Source: Bugula neritina (taxonomy: Eukaryota; Animalia; Bryozoa). From it: 64,000 nucleotides of DNA. The position numbers were made by a program, and so were the translations under genes. The DNA is taken from the NCBI GenBank assembly GCA_964035545.1, contig CAXIUT010000236.1, positions 1 through 64,000 on the forward strand, written 5' to 3'. The notes under the pieces were generated by a model. It was not told the origin of the DNA, ran no database searches, and saw nothing but the letters and a program-made list of their open reading frames with translations. Positions 46,648 to 58,018 of this stretch are shown here, piece by piece (within the stretch, counting starts at the first letter, position 1; every line of letters begins with the position of its first letter).

Positions 46648-48710
46648 AAGTCTTCTTGTCTGCAAAGAAAAATCAAAATAGTCTTAGTCTTAGTCTTAGT
46701 CTTCTTGTCTGCAAAGAAAAATCAAAATAGTCTTAGTCTTCTTGTCTGCAAAGAAAAATCAAAATAGTCTTAGTCTTAGTCTTAGTCTTAGTCTTCTTGT
46801 CTGCAAAGAAAAATCAAAATAGTCTTAGTCTTCTTGTCTGCAAAGAAAAATCAAAATAGTCTTAGTCTTAGTCTTAGTCTTAGTCTTCTTGTCTGCAAAG
46901 AAAAATCAAAATAGTCTTAGTCTTAGTCTTAGTCTTAGTCTTCTTGTCTGCAAAGAAAAATCAAAATAGTCTTAGTCTTAGTCTTAGTCTTAGTCTTCTT
47001 GTCTGCAAAGAAAAATCAAAATAGTCTTAGTCTTAGTCTTAGTCTTAGTCTTCTTGTCTGCAAAGAAAAATCAAAATAGTCTTAGTCTTAGTCTTAGTCT
47101 TAGTCTTCTTGTCTGCAAAGAAAAATCAAAATAGTCTTAGTCTTAGTCTTAGTCTTAGTCTTCTTGTCTGCAAAGAAAAATCAAAATAGTCTTAGTCTTA
47201 GTCTTAGTCTTCTTGTCTGCAAAGAAAAATCAAAATAGTCTTAGTCTTAGTCTTAGTCTTAGTCTTCTTGTCTGCAAAGAAAAATCAAAATAGTCTTAGT
47301 CTTAGTCTTAGTCTTCTTGTCTGCAAAGAAAAATCAAAATAGTCTTAGTCTTAGTCTTAGTCTTCTTGTCTGCAAAGAAAAATCAAAATAGTCTTAGTCT
47401 TAGTCTTAGTCTTAGTCTTCTTGTCTGCAAAGAAAAATCAAAATAGTCTTAGTCTTAGTCTTAGTCTTAGTCTTCTTGTCTGCAAAGAAAAATCAAAATA
47501 GTCTTAGTCTTAGTCTTAGTCTTAGTCTTCTTGTCTGCAAAGAAAAATCAAAATAGTCTTAGTCTTAGTCTTAGTCTTAGTCTTCTTGTCTGCAAAGAAA
47601 AATCAAAATAGTCTTAGTCTTAGTCTTAGTCTTAGTCTTCTTGTCTGCAAAGAAAAATCAAAATAGTCTTAGTCTTAGTCTTCTTGTCTGCAAAGAAAAA
47701 TCAAAATAGTCTTAGTCTTAGTCTTAGTCTTAGTCTTCTTGTCTGCAAAGAAAAATCAAAATAGTCTTAGTCTTAGTCTTAGTCTTAGTCTTCTTGTCTG
47801 CAAAGAAAAATCAAAATAGTCTTAGTCTTAGTCTTAGTCTTAGTCTTCTTGTCTGCAAAGAAAAATCAAAATAGTCTTAGTCTTAGTCTTAGTCTTAGTC
47901 TTCTTGTCTGCAAAGAAAAATCAAAATAGTCTTAGTCTTAGTCTTAGTCTTAGTCTTCTTGTCTGCAAAGAAAAATCAAAATAGTCTTAGTCTTAGTCTT
48001 AGTCTTAGTCTTCTTGTCTGCAAAGAAAAATCAAAATAGTCTTAGTCTTAGTCTTAGTCTTAGTCTTCTTGTCTGCAAAGAAAAATCAAAATAGTCTTAG
48101 TCTTAGTCTTAGTCTTAGTCTTCTTGTCTGCAAAGAAAAATCAAAATAGTCTTAGTCTTAGTCTTAGTCTTAGTCTTCTTGTCTGCAAAGAAAAATCAAA
48201 ATAGTCTTAGTCTTAGTCTTAGTCTTAGTCTTCTTGTCTGCAAAGAAAAATCAAAATAGTCTTAGTCTTAGTCTTAGTCTTAGTCTTCTTGTCTGCAAAG
48301 AAAAATCAAAATAGTCTTAGTCTTAGTCTTAGTCTTAGTCTTAGTCTTAGTCTTCTTGTCTGCAAAGAAAAATCAAAATAGTCTTAGTCTTAGTCTTAGT
48401 CTTAGTCTTAGTCTTAGTCTTAGTCTTAGTCTTAGTCTTAGTCTTAGTCTTAGTCTTAGTCTTAGTCTTAGTCTTAGTCTTAGTCTTAGTCTTAGTCTTA
48501 GTCTTAGTCTTAGTCTTAGTCTTAGTCTTAGTCTTAGTCTTAGTCTTAGTCTTAGTCTTAGTCTTAGTCTTAGTCTTAGTCTTAGTCTTAGTCTTAGTCT
48601 TAGTCTTAGTCTTAGTCTTAGTCTTAGTCTTAGTCTTAGTCTTAGTCTTAGTCTTAGTCTTAGTCTTAGTCTTAGTCTTAGTCTTAGTCTTAGTCTTAGT
48701 CTTAGTCTTC
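46648..48710 (+). repeat. Composite array: 33 copies of a 31-bp unit TTCTTGTCTGCAAAGAAAAATCAAAATAGTC, each followed by (TTAGTC)1-6 (mode 4, 55-bp period), ending in ~54 pure TTAGTC hexamers
   Basis: Counted directly: units start at 46653 through 48353; pure run 48384-48707. Confidence 0.96.
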
Positions 48711-48806
48711 ATACATATATAAAAAAGGAAAAGAAAAAAACTTCCTTGACATGCAAAGTGAACAGAGAAGTGCATTATGGAAACGGTTGATGAACACTGC
48801 ACTAAC

Positions 48807-49631
48807 CTCTCTCCTGTCGTAAAGTCTAATGTAATCTTTGTGTTGTCAACTCAGAGGTCCATGTGGGAACCTGGGCCCAGGTCATTGAAAAGTCCAACAC
48901 CAGCTTAACCTGGCTCAAACTACAAAAGTTTCAAGACTAGAGCGGAAAGCAAACCGTAGTACAACAAATTTGATCAGAAAGAGAAAAGTGGACAGCAAAC
49001 AGGACGACAAGAAATATAACAAAGAGAAGAGAACAGGAAAACAAAGTTACTAGAATGATTTCTACATGCTACATAACACATTTCGAGCACCTACATGTTC
49101 AGTTTCTATCCATTCTCAAAGATGACCATAGCAATTAGGGAGCAGGAACCCACGGTGCCGCAACGTACGACGTCAGAGGATCCATGAGGGCATATGGTGG
49201 AGAGTTTGGGGCCTGTAGGGTCCACTCCAAGAAGTAGAGACTAAAGACAGCATGCCAGCTTATCAGCAGTAGATTTTTGGTGCCATAATATGTATCATGG
49301 AGCAATTCTTGCTAGCTATCACAGTATCTTCTGTAGCCCTGGTATCCATGCCCAGGATAACTCCATCCTAGAACACAGTCAATAGATATAAGTTGTGTAA
49401 ACTCAATACTTCAGCAACTAACATTTCCTATTTTTATTATGGCCATAACAATTGTTGAACAATAATAACAATAACCCCTAATCCACAAACAACTTTGTCT
49501 TAAACAGAATTTATTAACTATTTTTCAACAAATGAAAAATGAAACTTACCTTATATATTATCCCACATATAGTTGTGCCAGTACTGTAACCTTTTGGTGA
49601 TGTAAAACCTTCAGATGAAAGGTGAGCATTT
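48807..49631 (-). pseudogene. PSMB7: Proteasome subunit beta-2 (PSMB7-like) unprocessed pseudogene, copy B; exons 49631-49550, 49367-49091 (internally deleted), 48919-48807
   Basis: Translates as (R)NAHLSSEGFTSPKGYSTGTTICGIIYK | [36 protein letters not shown]...LLLGVDPTGPKLSTICPHGSSD...GSCSLIAMVIFENG*KLNM* | ...GLFNDLGPGSHMDL*V...DYIRLYD. This is colinear with recalled PSMB7 motifs ([54 protein letters not shown]). Multiple stops and frameshifts; introns retained. Confidence 0.9.
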
Positions 49632-52600
49632 CTAAAACAACCAACTCTCAAGTTAATTCCTGTTGCTTGAAGTGAGATGTGCGTTTCCAAAGACTGAATG
49701 AAGAGAGAGCTGAAAGTGCAGGGTTTTTATTAGTCTAGAAAATAGCTTTTGTCTGGAATAGCCAAAACAAGCAAATAACACAACATAGAAAAGCATAATG
49801 TAGCTAACATAGCCTAATGTAGCTAACATTATAGCTATGTTAATAAAATCAAAGCTTTAATGATTCAACAAAAGCTTTCCATGCTCATGTACTGTCCAAA
49901 CAATTTTCATGCCTTACAGTGTACCTGTAAAAGCACGTATGCCCAAATGTCAACAGCCAATGGGTTATGCAGAATAGTTGATGTGGACAACATATTTTCT
50001 CCCTTATAGTGCAGTAGAATATATATAACACAGGAGTTACCAACCTTTCCCTAACATTCCCCCCTTTCATGAATATTGACTATTAATTTCCCCCTTTTGA
50101 CAAACTGTGAAAATTTTTATAACTGGCATCATGATAATATAGGATACAACAATATACATTACATGAAAAGTGAAGCAGTATTTACAGCTCTAAATCCTGC
50201 ATGGCACACTAACAACTATCAAGACAAACATCCTCAACAAAAGTGACTATAAAAACAACGAAATTTAGTTGAAGCATCAAAAACCAGTTTTAGAGACTAT
50301 AGAGAATAAGAACATTGTATATAATGCATAGTACCAGAGGCATATAGTTTAAATGTGAGACTTTGGCAGAAATAAGCTGCTACTGGTAAAACCCATTCGC
50401 TAGCAATTTAAAATTGGAAAATTCAGCTGATTGGGGTAAAATAATATAATTAGGGTATAAAAGTAGACATCAACCACCAAGGGTATGTATAATCAGGTTA
50501 AGATAAACCGCATAAAACATCCAGGCCATACCAACTTATAGAGAAGCAAAATAATATATCAGTTCAACTTTAGTCAAATTTTTAATTGTAATTCTTGAAA
50601 ATATAACTTGATGAAAAGTTTGAAACTGTTTACTGGTTAAATTGTGATTAATTAAAAGTTTTCGAATAATTCTATTGTAAGTAGTTTAATCAAGGATTCG
50701 TGTTATACTTAATAGGAATTGTTGGGACTTTAAATAAGTTGGGAAAGCTTTTCCCTAATGCATTATAGCTTTTCATGTATTATTACAGCTATGCAAGCTA
50801 TATTACAATTTTCTGACACTCATTACGGCTACTACACAAGAGCTGACCTTTTTGACTGGTATAACAACTACGCTTACAACTTATGATGTAAAGGCTTTTA
50901 CATCGCTACTTTCTTTTAGACTGCTACAATAAATATCTCTATATATTAAAAACAACAGGAATTACCTCCATATAGCTCATCCAGCTGACCCATGTGAAGA
51001 ATAATCTAGAATGACTTTGTCCAACTTTATACCCAATTGGTTGGTTGTCTAGTAGATGACCATGTGACCATCACAGCAGTTACTGCAAGAAGAAAGCAGT
51101 CTATAATTATGTGGTGTTGCATATCATGAAAAACAATGAAATAAAATACTAAATATAACATATTTTATAAAACATTATTGAAGAAAGCAACAAAAGTAAA
51201 AATGGAGAACAACAGGGGAGGGGGGGAATTCACATTTTTTATTGATGTATAGGTGTACAGAAGAGTGTCACACTTGATTAATTTAAAAAAATGATTTGTT
51301 GAAAGAGCCATAACCAAAAATCAAAAATGAAAGCCTGACTTCGTTTTCTTACCACAAGCAAGCATAGCACTATGTAAACTTATATTTTTTAATAAGAGGT
51401 TTTCACACATTCAGCAATAAATTGACAGAACAACAAATATGATTGAAGAGTGCTCATTTAGATGGAATGAGGTTTGGTAGTATTTACAAGCTCCAAAATC
51501 AAATGAATTACTTATTGATGGTTTTCAATGAATACAATGATTGTATTAACATGAAAGTAAAATCCTAAAATAAAATCCCAATCATGTGCTGATTTTTCAT
51601 CTCTTCAGTCAAGTTTTGCATGGAGCTAGGGTAAGGTTGGCAAGAGCTATTACAATAGGCTGTTTTAACTTTCATTAGAAACACATATGGCAATTCTTGA
51701 ATGAAATAAACAGCTAAAACTTTTAAAGCTAAATATAACGACAGAAAAACAGCCAAGTGTTACGGTAGAATTGATCAACAGTGGACTTCATAGCTAACAG
51801 AACATATAGTATCAGTATTTTATGTGCCGAACAGTACAGTTTCATTTTAATCATCACTCTATAGTACAGTTCTATGTGCACAACTTCCCAAAGTTATATA
51901 TTCTACACCTTACACAATTATATTGCAACTTTTATCAAAAGCACATGCTTCAGTGTTTGAGTAGTAACGCTTGTTATGCTTATCCTAAATCATATTTTGT
52001 CCAAGGGAAGGTAGAAAAAGCTGAATCTAACATCATTTATGAGAGTAGCTATCCCCTGGTAGTAGCTTTATGAATGCTAAAACCTAATAGCACATAACAC
52101 AGGGAAAGAGCAAATATTGTTACAATAAACAAACCTGAACCGATGAAAAGTTTCGGTGAATCTAACACAGAGAGAAGACAACTTCTACATGGCATCTCAT
52201 GGATTTAAAACCAGTCTTGATAGCAAGAGAACTTTTATCTGCATGTGGTTAAACACAATTACAAAAAAAAACAATAAATATTCTAAACTACCTTAATATA
52301 TAAAACATTTTATTTTAATTTGCTAATACAGTAAATGTTTGCAGAGCTGAGATACTAGTCTACTGACTACAAGTGATTAACTTGAACAAATTCACAAGAC
52401 TTGGAGTTAACAAGACTAAAATTATAAACAAACCATAACATTGTTGCTACCACTTCAAACAGAAATAGATATACATGAATTATGGACATCAGTTATCAAG
52501 AAGAATACAAGAAGCACAAGATAATTCTTCTAATACATCGTGTAAAACTAGTAAAATTGAAACCACGGAGAAAATTATTGTAAATAATAAATACCTAATT

Positions 52601-53801
52601 ATAACCAAGATGGGGCTCACAGAACTGACCACGGTTGACTAGCTCACATCTTCCTGGTGTAGACCATATGTTCTCTAATGTGTGAATATCTGAGCTGCTT
52701 GGATACATTCTAAAAAACAAAACACATTTGACAAATTGAAGTTGTTGAATAAATGATGACAGACATGTATGAGACAAATTATAGACTGTTGAATCTAGAG
52801 TATGGGAAATTTGTATCATGATAAAATCAACTTAGTCTACAGAACCAGGAAAGACACTTCTTTGAATCAAAAACTTTTCAGTTGAACAACGTAAACTGAA
52901 TATTCCACTTTTTAATTTCAAGGAATGATTATGACTATAATATGAGTATGTAACTGAAATAAAGTCAAACAAATTGAATTATTGGGTAGGAGTTAAAATT
53001 TATTGCACAGTTATGGCTATTTTGAAAAGAAAAGTTGATTTCAATTATGAGCCATACAGTACAGAGTAGCAAATCAATGAATTAAAATCATAAGCTTGTA
53101 CATGTGGTGAGCAAAGCAACAGCCGCACTGTTACAGAAAGGTCATTGTAAAATGTTAGTGTAAATATTTGTGCAAAGTTTAATACTCCTGCAGAGGGGTT
53201 GATATAGAATCACAAAAATTATGTCTAATGATCATATATCACAACAAAATACCGTAAATATTAAAACAGCATTATATTAATACATAAATTAACCATCTCT
53301 TCAGTGTGGATAACAATTAATTAAGGCAAGCGGATAAAATCAAGCTGAAGACAGGTCTACTGTAAAATGAAAAATTTATAGAACAGAAATGGAAAAAAAA
53401 CTGTAAACACTGAAATAAAAATAAAATATGATACAAGCAAAAATGGCTTGGCATATTATATAATTAGTGGTAGGTACAGCAGCACCAATATTATGCTTAG
53501 ACAAGAAATTATCCCAAAGGATAAATTTTCAATAAACTAAAAAAATGAGCACTGACTCACTGCATCAACTATTAGCTAGAAAACCTTACATCAAACTAAA
53601 AGCAGTATAACAGCTAGGGTGCTAAAATGTATAGCTCACTATTTGTAGTATTACTAACATTATTATTCTTAGTATTGATTTTGTGGTTTAGTTCAACAAA
53701 CCAGAGGAGAACAGGGTAGAATTGTTACCTTGAAATCAAGCCAATTCAAAGCCAAGCTAAATTGAGATTTATTATATAAGTCTTGCAGCTGCATTTACTC
53801 A
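49632..53801 (-). repeat. Copy B of the amplified unit (inverted homologue of ~35755-39748), with internal deletions and a ~610-bp private insertion at ~53048-53660
   Basis: Block-by-block reverse-complement matches, e.g. 50966-51082 vs 38324-38440 and 52595-52709 vs 36252-36366. Confidence 0.88.
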
Positions 53802-54202
53802 ATTGAGTGCTTTAAATATTTGTTTTTGTTTTTGAAAATTTTATAAAAGTTCTTAAACTTGTTCATTGAGCTAAAACATATAAAACACTATAAATTAAGC
53901 TCATGAATTACAACCATGTTCAGTGCCAGTGAGATGCACAGAATAAAAAGTGTCCATCATTGAAACTGTAATTAAATCAAGTTTATGTTGATAATCAAAT
54001 AAAATTTGTTCAATTAAACAATTTATTTATAATTTTTATTATAAATCTTTAGTGAAAACATGTAACAAAGGGCAAAAAACTGGGTGAAATCATCCGCAAC
54101 TACCCTCTGTAAACATATAGTAATATGAGGCACGCCTCCTACCGATAAGTAGCATAATGGTGGACAACGCCCTAAAATCGCCGCTCTCATATCGATCATC
54201 TC
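53802..54202. mobile_element. Truncated (right-half) copy of the MITE at 57206-58018
   Basis: Matches 57626-58018 including the TIR CCCTAAAATCGCCGCTCTCATATCGATCATCTC and the same flank AGGGCTGAGGCTGACAA. Confidence 0.7.
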
Positions 54203-57200
54203 AGGGCTGAGGCTGACAAAAGCTTTTACAATGAGCTGTTTTAACTTTTATTAGAAACATGTTTGGCAATTTTTGAATGAAATTAACAGCTACAACTTTT
54301 AAAACAAAATAAAACGACAGAAAAACAGCCATGTGTTACGGTAGTGTTAATCAACAGTGGATTTCATAGCTAATAGGAGCAGATATAGGTCAACTGAGTT
54401 TACCTAACTGTCTAGCACTGGAAGTTTTACTAATTCCAAGGGTTGGTAGTAAAGGTTAGACAACTTTAACTTAATGAAAAGAAGAGTTAGTATTGTTGCA
54501 GTAAGCAATTCATTTAAACACACACCTGAACTGATGAAAAGTTTCGTTGAATCAAACACAGAGAGAAGACAACTTCAAGTGTCGGCTTGTGAGCATCTCA
54601 TGGATATAAAACGGGTCTTGATAGCAAGGTGACTTCTATCTGCATGTGGTTAAACACAACTACAAAACAGACAATAAATATTATAAACTACCTTAATTAT
54701 ATATAAAACATTTTATTTTAATTTGCTAATAGTAAATGTTTGCAGAGCTGGGATACTAGTCACAAGATGTCGAGTTAACAAGACTAAAATAATAAATAAA
54801 ACATTACTTTTTCACTATTAAAGATGAAATAGATAAACATAAATTATGGACATCAGTTATAAAAAAGAATACAGAAAGTACAAGATAATTAATTCCTAAT
54901 ATCCTGTAAAATTGGTAAAATTGAAAACACAGACAAAATTATCATAAATAATAAATACCTAATTATAACCAAGATGGGGCTCTCAGAACTGACCACAGTT
55001 GGCTAGGTCCCATCTTCCTGGTGTAGACTAAATGTGTTCTCTAATGTGTGAATATTTGAGCTGCTTGGAGACATTCTAACAAAAAAACACATTCGATGAA
55101 TTAAAATTGTTGAATAAATGATGACAAGACATGTATGAGACATCTTACAGACTGTAAAATCTAGAGTATTGGAAATTTACATGGTGATAAATTTTTATTA
55201 TGATAAAATCAGCATAGTCTACAGAACCAGGAGAGAAACTTCTTTGAATCAGAAACACAACTTGTTTTAGTTGAAGCAGCTTAAACTGAATATTCCACTT
55301 TAACTTTTGAATTTCGATCCATGATTATGACCATGATGAGTATGTAACTGAAATAAAGTCAAACGAATTAAATCATTGGGCAACAGTTAAACTTTATTAC
55401 ACTGGTAAGGCTGTAGTGAAAAAATAAAAACATTTGATTTCAATTATACTATTATTCACAGTATTGATTTTGTAGTTCAGTTCAACAGACCAGAGAAGAA
55501 CAGGGTAGAAGTTGTGTTGAAATTAAGCTAATTTGAAGCTAAGCTAAATTGAAATTCATTATATGCCTTGCAGTTGTATTTACTCAAATGACTGCAGAAT
55601 CAAATTGACAAAAAATGAGTGGCAGCTTATAAATTGAATAAAATATTCAATTTGAATTCTAAGCCTATGAATGAATACAGATTAACAAACAGTTTACTAA
55701 AGACGGTACAAAATTATTAAATGACGTGCTAAATAAAGGATTACTTTGGTAACATGACCAAACAGTTTCAGTTGCTGGACCAGTCAGTTTGAAGGGCAAC
55801 TTAGTAATGGCAGTGCAGAAATTGACAGAAATTGAACAGGTGAGCTAGAAAAACTGCTTGTTCTAGAAGCTATTCAGGTAAATGATGAAAATAAATGTTG
55901 CAACTTGTGATTTGACTTTTGGAATTTTTATGGAGCTTCATCATCCTTCTAACCATTCACCATTAAATCACTAATTTCTCTTATTGAATGCAACTAGATA
56001 TTAGCATGAGGTTAGGGACCTAAAGAAAAAGGACAGGGCTGTGCATGCACTTGCTTAGTCCTAACTCTGACTACTGGTTGTGGGTAAACATTCAACTACT
56101 TGTTTAAAATGTGTTGGGGAGGTCATGGTCATGAATTACTAGACAATCTGTATAGCATTAAGTTTACTATAATATGTGTGTACTGTCACTGTATGCCTGA
56201 TGAAATAACTTTTATGGACATCAATTTTAAATAGCAGGAATTTGGGATAAGGTAACTTTAGAAAATAAAGATTTAAAATAAAACATACCACGGACAGATA
56301 AAGATGAGGCTTACAGGGATGGGAAGAATAACACACAGAGAAAAAGAGTACAGGTTGCTGTTCCTCTGCCCATTCTGTAACACAAAAAATAGTAAATAAA
56401 CTTGTTCAAAATACAATAGAAAAAAGGAAGCAATAGAAACATCACCTGTAGAATTTTTTCTATCAAATTGACAAATTTATTAGCAAATTCCAAGCATTCA
56501 GAAAACCCTCAACACTATGCTAACTCTGTAGAAGTATATATTATATCTAAAGTTTCTAAGTGGTTAAATGATTGAACCAACATCAAAATTTTCTACTCAT
56601 ATATAATACAGATGTGTGATATAAATAGGAAATCTAGTAATGTAATGAGTCTTGTGAAACAGTATAAATTTACAGCTCTAAAACCTACGTCGCAAACCAA
56701 CAATTCAAAGAATCAAGACAGAAATTCACAATAAAAGTATCTTTAAAACAATAAAATTTAGTTGAAGCATGAAACACCAGTTTTAGAGAATATAGAAAAT
56801 AAGTATATTGTATAATGCATACTACGAGAGACTTTGACAAAATTACGCTGTACATGCCACAGTTAGCCCTAATTTGCGAATAATTCAAAAATGCAACATC
56901 CAGCTGCATGACTGAAACTGAAAACTTGGACATGCGAAAGTAATAACCGGCTAACCTCACACTGCAAATAGAGTAGTATGCAGTTCACCTCAGTCTGAAA
57001 ATAGTTCAGGTCAAGCAAAGATCAAACAACTCCAACTAATACCAAACCATCCAGAAGGAATATTATGAAGCAGCAATCAGTAACCTGTAAGTGAAACAAA
57101 CCAACACTGGGTTTGAGCCAGGAAGGTTTCAGAGATATATATCTAAAGCAAATAAAGTTGCAAAGATATGGAAATGATATCTTTATACGAAGCTAGGGTG

Positions 57201-57205
57201 AGGCA
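54203..57205 (-). repeat. Copy C of the amplified unit (tandem duplicate of copy D with deletions)
   Basis: 54203-55800 matches ~37405-35560; 55870-56640 nearly identical to 59990-60760; 56640-56850 matches ~39190-38990; 56940-57130 matches ~37610-37425. Confidence 0.88.
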
Positions 57206-58018
57206 AAGGTGATCTATATGAGAGTGGCGACTTTAGGGAGTCATGGGGACATCATTATGCAGAATTCTGCGCTGCGAGTTTATAAAAGTTAAAAAGGGAA
57301 AATTTTGTCACTTTTTTTATTTCATTATTATTTCTATTTTATGTGTACATTTTTAATTTTATTTATTGCTATAGTTTTTAAACACATTCTTTATGCATAT
57401 AAAATTAAAAACAAGTTTAAAACTCACTCACTAATAATTATTCACGTGTAGCTTAATATATTGACAATAGAAAGCCCAAAGTTATTCAATTTAGTTTCAA
57501 ATAGCATGAGGAAATTTATTTGAATTAAATTCTTAAAAATTATTATTATTTGAACTATTTTAAAAAGTTTTATCCAATACTAAGTTCACACCTTTGAAGC
57601 CATAAAAACAATCATTAAATAATTCATTGAGTGCTTTAAAATATTTTTTTTGTTTTTGGAATTTTTTTAAAAGTTCTTAAACTTCTTTTTTGAGTTGAAA
57701 CATATAAAACACTATAAATTAAGCTCATGAATTACAACCGTGTTCAGTGCCAGTAAGCTGCACAGAATAAAACGTGTCCATCATTGAAAATGCAATTAAA
57801 TCAAGTTTCTGTTGATGATCGAATAAAAATTGTTGAATTCATTTATAATTTTTATCATAAATCTTTAGGGAAAACATGCAAAAAAGGACAAAAACTCAGT
57901 GAAATTATCACGCAACAATCCACTGTAATTATATAATAATATGAGGCACATCTCCTACCAATAAATAGCATAATGGTAGACAACGCCCTAAAATTGCCAC
58001 TCTCATATCGATCATCTC
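57206..58018. mobile_element. Non-autonomous TIR element (MITE, possibly Mutator-like), ~813 bp
   Basis: Imperfect ~33-bp TIRs AAGGTGATCTATATGAGAGTGGCGACTTTAGGG (57206-57238) / CCCTAAAATTGCCACTCTCATATCGATCATCTC (57986-58018); degenerate ~10-bp TSD AGGGTGAGGC / AGGGCTGAGGC; absent from the homologous site in copies A (~37400) and B (~51630). Confidence 0.72.

Noticed and set aside
46648-48383. CRISPR-like repeat/spacer pattern (invariant 31-mer)
   Set aside because: The intervening sequences are only (TTAGTC)n, not unique spacers.
48347-48802. (KT)n and (SL)n ORFs
   Set aside because: Translations of the TTAGTC hexamer run.
48711-49260. LINE/SINE 3' end with a (GACTAA)n tail
   Set aside because: The sequence resolves as PSMB7 pseudogene exons and introns; no reverse transcriptase motifs.
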